Source: Rhodothermales bacterium
GTDB lineage: Bacteria > Bacteroidota > Rhodothermia > Rhodothermales > BA12
Assembly (NCBI GenBank): GCA_963726715.1
Contig: CAVSDF010000014.1
Coordinates: forward strand, 60,899-124,898
Direction of reading: 5' to 3'
Length of the DNA: 64,000 nt
A program made the translations under genes and the position numbers. The notes beneath the pieces are model-generated. The model saw nothing but the letters and a program-made list of their open reading frames with translations, did no database searches and was not told where the DNA came from. Every line of letters starts with the position of its first letter. Position 1 is the stretch's first letter. This document shows positions 1 to 10,692 of the stretch, one piece after another.

Positions 1-54
1 CGGGCGCCAACGCCCTCGCCGAAGCCAACGCCTGACGCCTCCTTCCGGTGGTCC

Positions 55-89
55 CGCGCCCCGCTGTCCTTCGTGGACGGCGGGGCGCG
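55..89 (+). terminator. GC-rich hairpin after an upstream gene ending TGA at 33-35
   Basis: Stem CGCGCCCCGCTGTCC / GGACGGCGGGGCGCG with loop TTCGT; weak U-tract. Confidence 0.55.
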
Positions 90-208
90 CGGCGTTTGCA
101 GGATGGCGGGCCGGTGCGGCCCTGCGGTTTGCTGTGGCCTGTTCGTCGTCCACCGTCCGTCGTCCGCCCCTGCGTGCGTATTCTCGCCGCCTGTCCATCC
201 TCCCCGCG

Positions 209-1594
209 ATGCGCCCCTCCCGATTTGCCGCCGCCGCCCTTCTGATCGGCCTCGCCGCCGCGCCCGCCCGCGCGCAGGAGCGCGGCGGAGGCGAGGTCAC
301 CGTCCCCACCGACGAGATCAGCAGCGCCGACCGCGCCGCCATCCGCGTCGACCTCGACGCGGCGCAGGTGCGTCTCGGCCTCGCTCTCCCCGACGCTGCT
401 GGAAAGCGCGGCGCGGCGACGCGGTTCGCGTGGCCCATCGCCCCCGCCGGGACGTTCGACGGCACCGCCACCTTCCCCGTCAGCGCCTTCTTCGACCACG
501 ACGGCGTCTCCGGCACCGACCAGGACTACACCTGCACCGACCGATCCTACGACGGCCACGAGGGCACCGACATCATCACGTGGCCCTTCCCACTCGCCCG
601 GATGGACGCCAACGAAGTCGTGGCCGTCGCCGCCGCGCCGGGCGTCATCATCGGCACCCGCGACGGCAACTTCGACCGGCAGTGCGCCGCCGTGACCGGC
701 GCGCAGTGGAACGCCGTCTACCTCCGCCACGACGATGGCGCGGTGACGTGGTACGGACACCTCAAATCCGGCAGCCTGACCGCAAAGGCCGTGGGCCAGC
801 GCGTCGAGACGGGCGAGCGGCTCGGCGTGATCGGGAGTTCGGGGCGCTCGACCGGGCCGCACCTCCACTTCGAGGTCTACGACGCGTCCGGCGGCCTCAT
901 CGACCCCTTCGGCGGGACGTGCAACCGGCGCAACGGGCAGACCTCGTGGTGGATCGCGCAGCCGCCGCCGCGCGAGACGGCCATCTCAGCCGTGCGCACG
1001 CACAGCGTCCCGCCGCTCGTGCGGACGTGCCCGCAGACGGAGACGATCAGCGAAAAGCGCTCGTTCGCGGCGGGCGAGTCGTTCAAGATGGCCGTCTACC
1101 TCCGCGATCAGGCGCCCGACCAGGTGCTCACCTACCGCATCCTCGACCCCACCGGCGCGACGTTCTGGAGCGACACGCAGGTGATGCGCGCCACTTATAC
1201 GACCTCCTACTGGTACGTGACCGTCGATCTGCCCCCGAACGCCGCATCTGGCGTGTGGAAGGCCGTCGCCGAGATCGACGGGAAGATGGTGGCGCGCGAC
1301 TTCGCTGTCGGCACCGTCCTCGCAGGCGAGGAAACGACCCGCGCCGGAGCCGTCCGCATCGGCACCCCGTGGCCCAACCCCGCCACCGCCGCCGTCACGA
1401 TGGACGTGGACGCCCCCTCCGGCAAGCCCGTCACCGTCGACGCCTACGACGTGCTCGGGCGCCACCTCGCCCGCCTCCACGACGGCGACAGCGGCACGCT
1501 CGCCTTCGACGCCTCCGCCCTGCCCCGTGGCCTCGTCATGCTCCGCGTCACCGCCGGGGCGCACATCGAAACCCGCCGTCTCGTGCTCCGGTGA
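209..1594 (+). CDS. M23-family metallopeptidase with T9SS C-terminal sorting domain
   Basis: Signal peptide ending APARA-Q; HEGTD, YGHL and GPHLHFEV M23 motifs; C-terminal PWPNP...YDVLGR...TRRLVLR. Confidence 0.85.
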   Translation: MRPSRFAAAALLIGLAAAPARAQERGGGEVTVPTDEISSADRAAIRVDLDAAQVRLGLALPDAAGKRGAATRFAWPIAPAGTFDGTATFPVSAFFDHDGVSGTDQDYTCTDRSYDGHEGTDIITWPFPLARMDANEVVAVAAAPGVIIGTRDGNFDRQCAAVTGAQWNAVYLRHDDGAVTWYGHLKSGSLTAKAVGQRVETGERLGVIGSSGRSTGPHLHFEVYDASGGLIDPFGGTCNRRNGQTSWWIAQPPPRETAISAVRTHSVPPLVRTCPQTETISEKRSFAAGESFKMAVYLRDQAPDQVLTYRILDPTGATFWSDTQVMRATYTTSYWYVTVDLPPNAASGVWKAVAEIDGKMVARDFAVGTVLAGEETTRAGAVRIGTPWPNPATAAVTMDVDAPSGKPVTVDAYDVLGRHLARLHDGDSGTLAFDASALPRGLVMLRVTAGAHIETRRLVLR

Positions 1595-1599
1595 CGCCG

Positions 1600-2340
1600 T
1601 CACGCGCCCCAGCCCGCGTACAGGGCCACGAGGGCGAGGGTGTTGGCGGTGCCGTGCGCCACGACCGGCGCCCAGAGGCGGCCACCTTCGCGCGCGAAAA
1701 GGACGCCGAGCGCCACGCCCGCGACGCCCGTCGCCACGACGCCGCTCGCGCCCTGGTAGACGTGCGCGAGCGCGAATCCGGCCGCGGCCAGGCCGATGGC
1801 GAGGGCGCGCAGCAACGAGACGCACGGCGATCTGTCGCACGCGCCCGGCACCGACGCGAGGCCGAGCGCGGCGACGATGGCGGGGATCAGGGTGGCGCGG
1901 AACAGGCCCTCCTCGATCCACACGACCAGTCCCCACGTCACGCCGAGCATCGCGGCGAGCGCACCGGCGTCGCCGCGGAGGTAGGCGAAGGCCGACAGGT
2001 CGGGCGGGGCGCCGAAGAGGGCGGCGGCGAGCGGGTTCGACGGCGACCGTCGAGACGACCTGCAACCCGACGCCCCACGCCACGCCGCGCCCGAGCATCC
2101 GCAGCCATCCACCGCGCGGACGCCCGAGCGCCGAGGGTGCGTCGCCACGACGGAAGAGCGCCCACGCCATCCCCACCGCGACCGCCACGCCCAGCCCGGC
2201 CATGTCGTGGCCGAGCGCCGCGCCGCCCACCACCGATGCTACGACGGCGATGGCAACGGCGGCTCCGGCGATGCGCGTCCGAAGAGGCGGCGAAGACGGC
2301 GCCGCAAAGGGCTCGAGGCGGGGGCGCGGCGGCAGGCTCC
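1600..2340 (-). CDS. CPBP (CAAX protease/Abi-like) intramembrane metalloprotease, frameshifted; start approximate
   Basis: IEEGLFRA, FALAHVYQG and VVAHGTAN motifs plus several TM helices across two frames. Confidence 0.75.
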
Positions 2341-2427
2341 ACGGGCAGACGGTTGCGGGCGGGATCGGGGATGCTGTATCTTTCGCGTCCGCCACGGCGT
2401 CGGGGTCTCCCGCGCGCCGAGCCATCC

Positions 2428-2516
2428 GGAGGGGTGGGTGAGAGGCTGAAACCAGGGCTTTGCTAAAGCTCCGTACGTGTCAAAACGTACCGAGGGTTCG
2501 AATCCCTCCCCCTCCG
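2428..2516 (+). tRNA. tRNA-Ser(GCT)
   Basis: Acceptor GGAGGGG/CCCCTCC, anticodon loop TT-GCT-AA, long variable arm, GGTTCGAATCC T-arm, G discriminator; CCA not encoded. Confidence 0.96.
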
Positions 2517-2521
2517 CAGAC

Positions 2522-2556
2522 GCGCCCGCCGTTCGGTTTCCCCGAGCGGCGGGCGC
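2522..2556. terminator. Hairpin after tRNA, between convergent transcripts
   Basis: GCGCCCGCCGTTCGG-TTTCC-CCGAGCGGCGGGCGC. Confidence 0.65.
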
Positions 2557-2589
2557 TGTCGTTTGGAGATGTCCGCAGGGGTGAGCGCC

Positions 2590-3549
2590 TCAGCGTGCGG
2601 GCGCGGCGGGAGACGAGGCGGACGGCGCCGCCGCGGCGGGAGGCACGCGGATCTCATACAACGACCCCCACAGCTTCCCCGTCACGAAGAGCCGCTTCGT
2701 CGCCGGGTCGTAGGCGATGCCGTTGAGGACGTCGGCGCGGGGATTGCCCTGGATCGGACGCAGGACCGCGAGGTCGATGAAGCGGCGCACCTTCCCGCTC
2801 GCCGGGTCGATGACGGCGATCACGTCGGTGCCCCAGATGTTGGCCCAGACCTCGCCGTCGATCCATTCGAGTTCGTTGAGGTTGCCGACCGCGTTGGCGC
2901 CGTCCATCACCCGCACGCGGCGCGTCTCGGCGAACGTGGCCGGGTTGCGCCAGACGAGGTCGGGAGAGCCGTTGCTCATCACCAGCGAGGTGCCGTCGGT
3001 GGTCAGGCCCCAGCCCTCGCCGGTGTAGCGGAGCGTGTCGAGCGGTGCCCACGTGGCGGCGTCGTAGACGTAGGCGTGCTGCTGCTGCCACGTGATCTGG
3101 TAGATCCGGCCATCGAGGAGCGCGAGGCCCTCGCCGAAGTCGGTGTCGGCGATCTTCTGGCGCTTCAAAATGCGCCCGCTCGCCGCATCGACGCGCCGAA
3201 GCTCGGAGCGGCCTTCGAGGCCGGTCCCTTCGATGAACGTCAGCGGCTCGGTCGTTTCGACGTACAGTCCCTGCGTGAACCCGGACGTGTCGTGCGGCAT
3301 CGAGGCAACGATCTCGGCCCGCACGACGGGCGCACCCGCCTCGGCCGCCACGGGCACATCGGGCACGGATGGTCCGCGGTGCGTCCACCACCGCACGGCG
3401 ACGACGAGGCCGACGACGACGACCGCGGCGATCGCCCATTTGAGCCACGGCGGCGCTCCGGCGCTGCTGCCCCGGCGGCTGCCGGTGCGCTCGGCGGCGC
3501 GGCGCGAGGACGGCGACGGACGGCGCGAGCCGGTCGGGGAGGCGCTCAT
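2590..3549 (-). CDS. Glutaminyl-peptide cyclotransferase (type I, beta-propeller), N-terminal membrane anchor
   Basis: FTQGL, EGTG, FGEGL, GEGWGL, LNELE, ANIW, VLNGIAYD and VTGKLW motifs. Confidence 0.92.
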   Translation of the reverse strand: MSASPTGSRRPSPSSRRAAERTGSRRGSSAGAPPWLKWAIAAVVVVGLVVAVRWWTHRGPSVPDVPVAAEAGAPVVRAEIVASMPHDTSGFTQGLYVETTEPLTFIEGTGLEGRSELRRVDAASGRILKRQKIADTDFGEGLALLDGRIYQITWQQQHAYVYDAATWAPLDTLRYTGEGWGLTTDGTSLVMSNGSPDLVWRNPATFAETRRVRVMDGANAVGNLNELEWIDGEVWANIWGTDVIAVIDPASGKVRRFIDLAVLRPIQGNPRADVLNGIAYDPATKRLFVTGKLWGSLYEIRVPPAAAAPSASSPAAPAR

Positions 3550-5055
3550 GCCAGGTTCACGGTCTGGCCGCGCGTCGGGATCACGATCTCGCCCCATCCG
3601 GCCGCCGTCAGGCTCTCCTTGAGGGCCGTCTGGCGCGGCAGGTCGCCGTGGACGAGGAACGTCTGGCGCAGGCGCGGCACGTCGAGTTTGGAGAGGAACG
3701 AGCACGACGCCCGGCCCGTCGGCGTGGGCGGAGAGGCTGTTCATCACCTCGACGCGCGCGTTGCGGCCGTGCTGCTCGCCGAAGATGTTCACGACCGGCT
3801 GCGGCTCGACGATCTTGCGCCCGAGCGTGCCCTCGGCGCAGTAGCCGACGATGAGGATGGTGGCGTGCGCGGGTCCTAGATGTTGTTGCGCAGGTGGTGC
3901 AGGATGCGCCCGGCCTCGGCCATCCCCGAGGCGGAGATGATGACCATCGGGTCGCGGTCGGGCGTTGAGCGCCTTCGAGTCGGCGGCCACTCGCGCACGT
4001 AGGTGAGCTTGTCGAAGCCGAGCAGGTCGGGGTCGTGGCGCAGGTACTCGCGCAGCTCGGCGTCGAAGCACTCGGGGTGGGCGAGATAGACGCCGGTCGC
4101 GTTGACGGCGAGCGGGCTGTCGACGTAGACGGGGATGCGCGGCAGCGTGCCCGTCGTTCCACATCTGGTCGAGCGCGTAGACGATCTCCTGCGTCCGCCC
4201 GACGGCGAAGGCCGGGATGATGACCTTGCCGCCGCGGCCGGCGCGGTCTGCGAGATCGAGTGTCGCCGAGGCGGTCTTCGGTGGGCGCGATCGGGCTCGT
4301 GCGTCTTGCCGCCGTACGTGGACTCGGAGATGAGGTAGTCGCAGTCGTCGATCGGCTCCGGGTCGCGGAGGATGGGCCGGCCGGGGTTGCCGACGTCGCC
4401 GGTGAAGCCGAGCCGGACGCTCCGCCGCCCTCGCGCAATCTCGAGGTTGACCGTCGCCGAGCCGAGGATGTGCCCGGCGTCGCGGAAGGTGCAGGCGACG
4501 GCCGTCGAATCGACGTCGAAGCGCTCGCCGTAGGAGACCGAGCACGAAGCGCTGCAGCATCGCCTCGGCGTCCGCCTCGTCGTAGAGCGGCTCGCGCAGC
4601 GGGCTCGCCGCGGCGGGCGGCGCGCTTGTTGGCGAACTCGGTGTCCTTCTCCTGGATGTGCGCCGAGTCCATGAGCATGAGCGCCGCGAGGTCGCGCGTG
4701 GCGGGCGTGCGTAGACGCGGCCCCGGAAGCCCTCCGCCAGAGCTTCGGCAGCAGCCCGACGTGGTCGATGTGCGCGTGCGAGAGCACGACGGCGTCGATG
4801 GAGGCGGCGTCGAAGCCGAAATCGGCGGTTGAGGCGGTCGGACTCGTCGCGGCGTCCCTGGAAGAGGCCGCAGTCGAGGAGCACGCGGCGCTTGCTGCCG
4901 AGGTCGAGGAGGTGCTTGGAGCCGGTCACGGTCTGCGCCGCGCCCCAGAAGGTCAGGGTGGTCAAGGCACGGGGGATGGAGTGCCCCAAGAAACGCACGC
5001 CGCGGTCGGATCGCGCGGGCGGTGGCTCGTCGTTCGTTCGTTGCGAATCGTCCAT
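3546..5055 (-). CDS. Metallo-beta-lactamase/beta-CASP ribonuclease, multiple frameshifts
   Basis: GAAQTVTGSKHL, LLDCGLFQG, LSHAHIDH, DAGHILGS, GFTGDVG, ESTYG, AVGRTQE, SASGM and SAHAD; stop overlaps the cyclase start (ATGA). Confidence 0.88.
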
Positions 5056-5074
5056 CGCCGGTCCCCCAACGAAA

Positions 5075-5106
5075 CCGCCGCGCCTCCGGTGACGGAAGCG
5101 CGGCGG
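5075..5106 (-). terminator. Rho-independent terminator downstream of ftsZ
   Basis: CCGCCGCGCCTCCG-GTGA-CGGAAGCGCGGCGG, followed by TTTCGTT on the minus strand. Confidence 0.7.
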
Positions 5107-5269
5107 GTGGCGCGCGGCGCGTGGAAACGCCGGGGGGGTCGTCGCCTCCGCGATGCGCGCCCGTCTGCCTCTGCGTGCGCCGGCGGCTCAGACCGGGCCT
5201 CCCGTGCTCAAGGAGAGAGACAGAGCGGTTGCCCGGCCGCCCGTTGCGGGGAGGCCGGAAGCGGGGGCG

Positions 5270-6760
5270 TCAGTCCATCTGGCGGCGCAGGAACGACGGC
5301 GAGGTGTGGCCGTCGCGCGGGGGGCGCTCGGTGCGCTCGGGCTGCGCGAGGGTGCCGTCGAGGTTGTAGCGCACCGTGCCGCGGCGCGACGGTGTGCCCG
5401 GCGCGGCCGCAGCGGCGGCGGCAGGCGGCGGCGGCGGCGGTGGCGCCGTCGATGGGGGCGCGGCGCTCGAAGGCGGGGATGTCGAGATCCTTGATCTGGC
5501 GCTCGCCCATCGGACGCGTCGGCGCACCGTCGGCGGCGACCGTGCGGTAGGGCTGGCGCGCGATCGGCGTCACCGTCGGCGTGACCGGCGGCGGGGCCAC
5601 CGGCGGGGCGCGGCGGGGGCGGCGGGGCGAGGTCGGGGAGGTCGAAGCCGAGGTCGGCCTCGTACGCCGACGGCACCTCGCGCACGGGCGGCGCGGGGTA
5701 GACGGGCGGGCGCCCGTGGCCGTCGCCCGTGGGCACGGAGGGCATCGCGACCGACGGCGGCATCGCATGCACGCGCGCGCCATGAGTCGGTCTCGAACCC
5801 GGTCGCGATGACCGTCACGCGCAGGTCGTCGCCCATCGCGTCGTCGATGACCGTGCCGAAGATGACCTCGACGTCCTCGCCGGCCTCGCGCCCGATGGCC
5901 TCGGTGGCCGCCGCCGCCTCGCCGACGCCCATCGACCGGCCTGCGGTGATGTTGACGAGCACGTTGCGCGCGCCCGAGATCGAGAGGCCGTCGAAGAGCG
6001 GGCTGGTGATCGCCTCGATGGCCGCGCGCTCGGCGCGGTTCTCGCCGGTCGCCACCGCCGAGCCCATGAGCGCCATCCCGCCGTCCTTCATCGTCGTCTT
6101 GACGTCGGCGAAGTCGAGGTTGATGAGGCCGTGGCGGGTGATGAGGTCCGAGATGCCGCGCGTGGCTTCGTAGAGCACGTCGTCGGCGCGGGAGAAGGCG
6201 TCGAGGATCGAGAGGCTGCCGTTTTCGAGTTCGAGCAGCCGCTGGTTGGGGATCGTCACGATCGTATCGACGTGCTCCTTGAGGAGCGCGATGCCCTCCA
6301 TCGCCGCCTTCATCCGCTTCGAGCCTTCGAACTTGAAGGGCCGCGTGACGACGGCGACGGTGAGGATGCCGAGCCGCCGCGCGATCTGCGCCACCACGGG
6401 CGCGCCGCCCGTGCCGGTGCCGCCGCCCATTCCGGCGGTGATGAAGACCATGTCGAGGCCTTGCAGCGCCTGCTCGATCTCCATCCGGCTCTCCTCGACG
6501 GCTTCGGCGCCGACCTGCGGGCGGGCGCCCGCGCCGAGGCCGCGCGTGAGCGCCTGCCCGGCCTGGATGCGCTTGGCGGCGCTGCTCGTCACGAGCGCCT
6601 GGTTGTCGGTGTTGACGACGACGAACGAGACGCCCTGGATGTCCTTGGCGATCATGTTGTTGACGGCGTTGCCGCCGCCGCCGCCGACGCCGATGACGGC
6701 GATCTTGGCGGCCACGTCGGGTCCGTCGTCGAAGGTGAAGCGATCTGAGATGCTGGTCAT
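5270..6760 (-). CDS. ftsZ: Cell division protein FtsZ (linker frameshifted)
   Basis: GVGGGGGNAVN, GMGGGTGTG, NLDFADV; C-terminal LDIPAFERR and PSFLRRQMD. Confidence 0.97.
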
Positions 6761-6878
6761 GGTGGTATTCCCCCTGGAAGTTGAATTGTGCGGGCCGGTG
6801 GCTGAGCGGGCCGGTGGACCGCGGTGCAGTGGTGCGTGTGGTGATGGAAGCGGCGCCGGAGCGCCACGGAAGAGGTGG

Positions 6879-8177
6879 TCAGAGCTGGTCGAACCAGCCG
6901 CGCATGCGCGTGGCGATGCGCGAGAAGAGCGGTGCCTCGGCGTCGATGCTCTCGGGGAGCGGCTCGGCGTCGGTGTCGCCGGGGCTGGCGAGGCGCTGGC
7001 CCATGTCGCCGCCGAGTGGCGCGCCGCCGATGGCCTCCGGGCGCAGGCCGTAGAGCACGAGGCCGACGGCGGTGGCGAACTTGGGGTCGGTCACTTCGGC
7101 GACGAGGCCGCCGCCGAGGCCCATCGGCGATCCGATGCGGGCTTCGATGCCGAGGATGTCGGCGGCGAGTTCGGCGGTGCCGGGAATCAGCGAGCCGCCC
7201 CCCGTGAGCACGACGCCTGCCGCGAGGTGCCGCGCGTAGCCGCCGCGCTTGATCTCGTTGTGGACGATCTCGAGGATCTCCTCCATGCGCGGCTGGATGA
7301 TCTGGGCGAGCGAGGTGCGGGAGATGTTCTTCTGGTCGCGCCCGGCGATGCCGGGGATGGTGATGATGTCGTCGCTCACCATGTCCACCATCGCCGCGCC
7401 GAAGAGGTGCTTGAGGCGCTCGGCCTGGTCGCGCATGACGCCGAGGCCCTTGCGGATGTCTTCGGTGACGCGGTTGCCGGCGACGGCGATGACACTCGTG
7501 TGGCGGATCGTCTGGTCCTCGAAGACGACGATGTCCGTCGTGCCGCCGCCGATGTCGACGAGGGCCACGCCGACCTCTTTCTCGTCGGGGTGCAGGACCG
7601 CGTACGACGAGGCGAGGGGTTCGAGGACGATGTCGGCCACTTCGTAGCCGGCCTTCTCGATGCACCGGTAGATGTTCTTGACGGCGCTCACGAGGCCCGT
7701 CACGACGTGCACGCTCGCCTCCAAGCGCACGCCCGACATCCCGACCGGGTCGGCGATGCCGTCCTGCCCATCGACGATGAACTCCTGCGGGATGACGTGC
7801 AGGATCTCGCGGTCGGGCGGGATGGCGACCTGCTTGGTGTCTTCGAGCAGGCGCCGGACGTCGTCGTCGGTGATCTCGCGGTTGCGGTTGGAGATGGTGA
7901 TGACGCCGCGGCTCTGGTCGCTGTGGATGTGGTCGCCCGCGATGCCGACGATCACGCGCCGCACCTCGACGCCCGCCATGCGCTCGGCCTCGCGCACGGC
8001 CTTCTGCACCGACGCGACCGTCCGGTCGATGTTGGTGACGACGCCGCGCGTGAGCCCGTCGGACTCGGCCACGCCGACGCCGAGCACGTCCACGCGCCCG
8101 CTCGCCGACGCGCTCGCCACGAGCGCGCACACTTTGGTGGTGCCGATATCGACACCGACGACGATCCGATCGTTCAT
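6879..8177 (-). CDS. ftsA: Cell division protein FtsA
   Basis: VDIGTTKV, DIGGGTTD, LTGGGS; C-terminal amphipathic helix RMRGWFDQL. Confidence 0.97.
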   Translation of the reverse strand: MNDRIVVGVDIGTTKVCALVASASASGRVDVLGVGVAESDGLTRGVVTNIDRTVASVQKAVREAERMAGVEVRRVIVGIAGDHIHSDQSRGVITISNRNREITDDDVRRLLEDTKQVAIPPDREILHVIPQEFIVDGQDGIADPVGMSGVRLEASVHVVTGLVSAVKNIYRCIEKAGYEVADIVLEPLASSYAVLHPDEKEVGVALVDIGGGTTDIVVFEDQTIRHTSVIAVAGNRVTEDIRKGLGVMRDQAERLKHLFGAAMVDMVSDDIITIPGIAGRDQKNISRTSLAQIIQPRMEEILEIVHNEIKRGGYARHLAAGVVLTGGGSLIPGTAELAADILGIEARIGSPMGLGGGLVAEVTDPKFATAVGLVLYGLRPEAIGGAPLGGDMGQRLASPGDTDAEPLPESIDAEAPLFSRIATRMRGWFDQL

Positions 8178-8222
8178 TGGACTTGCTGGATTTGGATAAA
8201 GAGTAACGCGGCGCAGACGCGC

Positions 8223-9167
8223 TCAGACGCCGGAATCGGCGCCGCGGGAAGGGGAAGACGGGCGAGCACGCGCAGACGAATCGGCAGACGCGCGGTCGGC
8301 GCGCACTCGGTCAGCGCCCCGTCGGTCGGCGCCGATTCGTTCGGTGGCGCGGCGCGCGGCGCTGCTGTCGATGCCGATCGGGCCGCTCTGGTTTGCGGGC
8401 GCGGTGCTGTCGGCGAAGGCGGCGCCGGGCGCGGCCTCGCGCGTCACGACGAGGCCCGCGTAGCGCACGTCGACGACGGCGTAGCGCGTGCCGGGCCGCG
8501 TGGCGACGGCCTGCTGCCAGAAGGCGGCGAGGCGTTCGAGGCGTCCGCCGATGTCGTCGCGCCCGAGGCGCACGTCGAGCGCGGTGCCGGTCGCCGTCGG
8601 GGCGGTCGTGAGGACGATCTCGCCGCCGGGCGTGAGCCGCACGTCGGAGACGAGGGCGTCGGCATCCGCCGAGAGGCCGGGGAGGGCGGCGAGGAAGGCG
8701 CGGAGCGCGGCGCTCTCGACAGGCCGCGCGCGGTTGACGGGGAGCACGCGCCCGTGAACGAGCGGCAGATCGAGCGCCAGCGCCGACGCGCTCGGCGGCA
8801 TCGCGGCCCCGTCGGCGGCGAGGAACGCAGCGGGCGCGCCGTCGGCGTCGACGGCGAGGGCGACGGGTGTGCGCTCGGTGATCTCGACGTGCAGCACGCC
8901 GGTCGGCCAGCGCGTCGCCTCGACGCGCGCCACCCACGGATGGCGGCGGATGCGGTCCTCCAGAAGCGCGGGCGCGAGGTCGTAGAGCCGCTGCCCGGCC
9001 TCGACGCGTGCGAGCGCCACCACTTCGCCGCGCGCGGCGTGGCGCACCCCCTCGACCTCCACGCGCACGAGGCGGCGGCTGTCGAGCCAGAGGGCCGAGG
9101 CGAGCACGGCGGCGAGGAGCGCGAGCGCCCCGACGCCCCAGAGCGTGCGGACGGTGCGGCGGGTCAT
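8223..9167 (-). CDS. ftsQ: Cell division protein FtsQ/DivIB
   Basis: N-terminal TM, POTRA (HPWV...ITERTP), DVRY; lies between murC and ftsA. Confidence 0.88.
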   Translation of the reverse strand: MTRRTVRTLWGVGALALLAAVLASALWLDSRRLVRVEVEGVRHAARGEVVALARVEAGQRLYDLAPALLEDRIRRHPWVARVEATRWPTGVLHVEITERTPVALAVDADGAPAAFLAADGAAMPPSASALALDLPLVHGRVLPVNRARPVESAALRAFLAALPGLSADADALVSDVRLTPGGEIVLTTAPTATGTALDVRLGRDDIGGRLERLAAFWQQAVATRPGTRYAVVDVRYAGLVVTREAAPGAAFADSTAPANQSGPIGIDSSAARRATERIGADRRGADRVRADRASADSSARARPSSPSRGADSGV

Positions 9168-10598
9168 GGCGTCCCCTCCGCAGCGTCGCGGTTCGTGGCG
9201 GCGGCTGCGATGCGGTCGGCGAAGATCTTGCCGTAGCGGTAGACGTCGCCCGCGCCCATCGTCAGCACGACATCGCCGGGCTGCACGAAGGCGGCGAGGG
9301 CGTCGGGGATGGCGGTCTTGTCGTCGACGAACTGCACGTCGCGGTGGCCCGAGCGGCGGGTGAGGGCGGCGAGGGCGTCGGCGGTGACGCCGGGGAAGTC
9401 GTCGGCGCGCTCGCGGGCCGGGTAGATGCCGGTGAGCACGAGCGTGTCGGCGCCGAGGAAGGCGAAGGCGAAGTCCTCCATCAGGTCGCGCGTGCGGCTG
9501 TAGAGGTGCGGCTGGAAGACGAGCACGAGGCGCCGTCCGGGGAAGGCGAGCGCGGCGGCGTCGAGGGCGGCGCGCACTTCGGTCGGGTGGTGCGCGTAGT
9601 CGTCGACGACGGTCACGCCGCCCGCTTCGGCGATGAGTTGGAAGCGGCGGTCGACGCCGGTGAAGCGGCGGAGCGCGGCGGCGATGTCTTCGAAGGGCAC
9701 CTCGAGTTCGAGGCCGACGGCGACGGCGGCGAGGGCGTTGCGGACGTTGTGGAGGCCGGGCGCGAGGAGCGCGATCTCGCCGAGCGGCTCACCGGCGAGG
9801 AAGACGGTGAAGGTCGTCGCGAGGCCGTCGTGGAGGATCGCGCCCGCGCGCAGGTCGGCCTGCCGCGCCGTGCCGTAGGTGACGACGCGCCGCTCGATGG
9901 TCGGCAGGAGCGACTGCACGTTGGCGTCGTCGACGCAGGCGATGACGGCGCCGAAGAAGGGGACGGAGTTGGCGAACTGCGCGAAGGCGTCGCGGATGTC
10001 GTCGAGGTCGCGGTAGATGTCGAGGTGGTCGGCCTCGATGTTGGTGATGACGGCGAGCACCGGGGTGAGGCGCAGGAACGTGCGGTCGTACTCGTCGGCC
10101 TCGACGACGATGAGGTCGCCCTCGCCCGTCATCGCGTTCGTCCCGAAGGCCGCCACCTTGCCGCCGACGATGACCGTCGGGCTCGAACCCGGCCTCGTCG
10201 CACACCAGGCCCACCATGCTCGTCGTCGTCGTCTTGCCGTGCGTGCCCGCGATGCCGATGCCGGTCTTCGAGCGCATCAGTTCGGCGAGCATCACCGGGC
10301 GCCCGATCAGCGGCACGCGCAGGCGCTGCGCTTCGAGGGTCTCCGCGTTCTCGCCGACCTTCACCGCCGACGAATAGACGACGAGGCCCGCGCCCTCGAT
10401 GTTCGCCGCGTCGTGGCCCTCGTAGACGACCGCGCCGCGCGCTTCGAGGCCCTCGGTGACCTCGCTGCGCCGCGCGTCGGAGCCGGACACGTGGAAGCCA
10501 CGCGCCAGCAGCACCTGGGCAATCGAGCTCATGCCGATGCCGCCGATGCCCACCATGTGGACGTGGCGGATGCGGCCGAAGGACGGTTGACGACGCAT
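9164..10598 (-). CDS. murC: UDP-N-acetylmuramate--L-alanine ligase (frameshift near 10185)
   Basis: [40 protein letters not shown]. Confidence 0.96.
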
Positions 10599-10665
10599 GG
10601 ACGGAGGAGGGTGAGTGGGTGAGGGGTGGGGTGGTGAGGGGGTGTGGGTTCGGAGGCGATGAACC

Positions 10666-10689
10666 GTAGGGGCGGGTCTGGACCCGCCC
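10666..10689 (+). repeat. GTAG-type REP palindrome, family A copy 1
   Basis: GTAG-GGGCGGGTC-TG-GACCCGCCC. Confidence 0.85.
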
Positions 10690-10692
10690 ACG

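Noticed and set aside
2428-2516. tRNA-Ser as a possible island integration site
   Set aside because: No integrase, no duplicated tRNA 3' end noticed, and flanking genes look native.
5107-5269. Possible 6S or other known ncRNA after ftsZ
   Set aside because: No long-range pairing or diagnostic motif could be confirmed by eye.
8270-8345. xxADR pentapeptide repeats in the FtsQ tail
   Set aside because: Short degenerate low-complexity expansion, likely neutral slippage.
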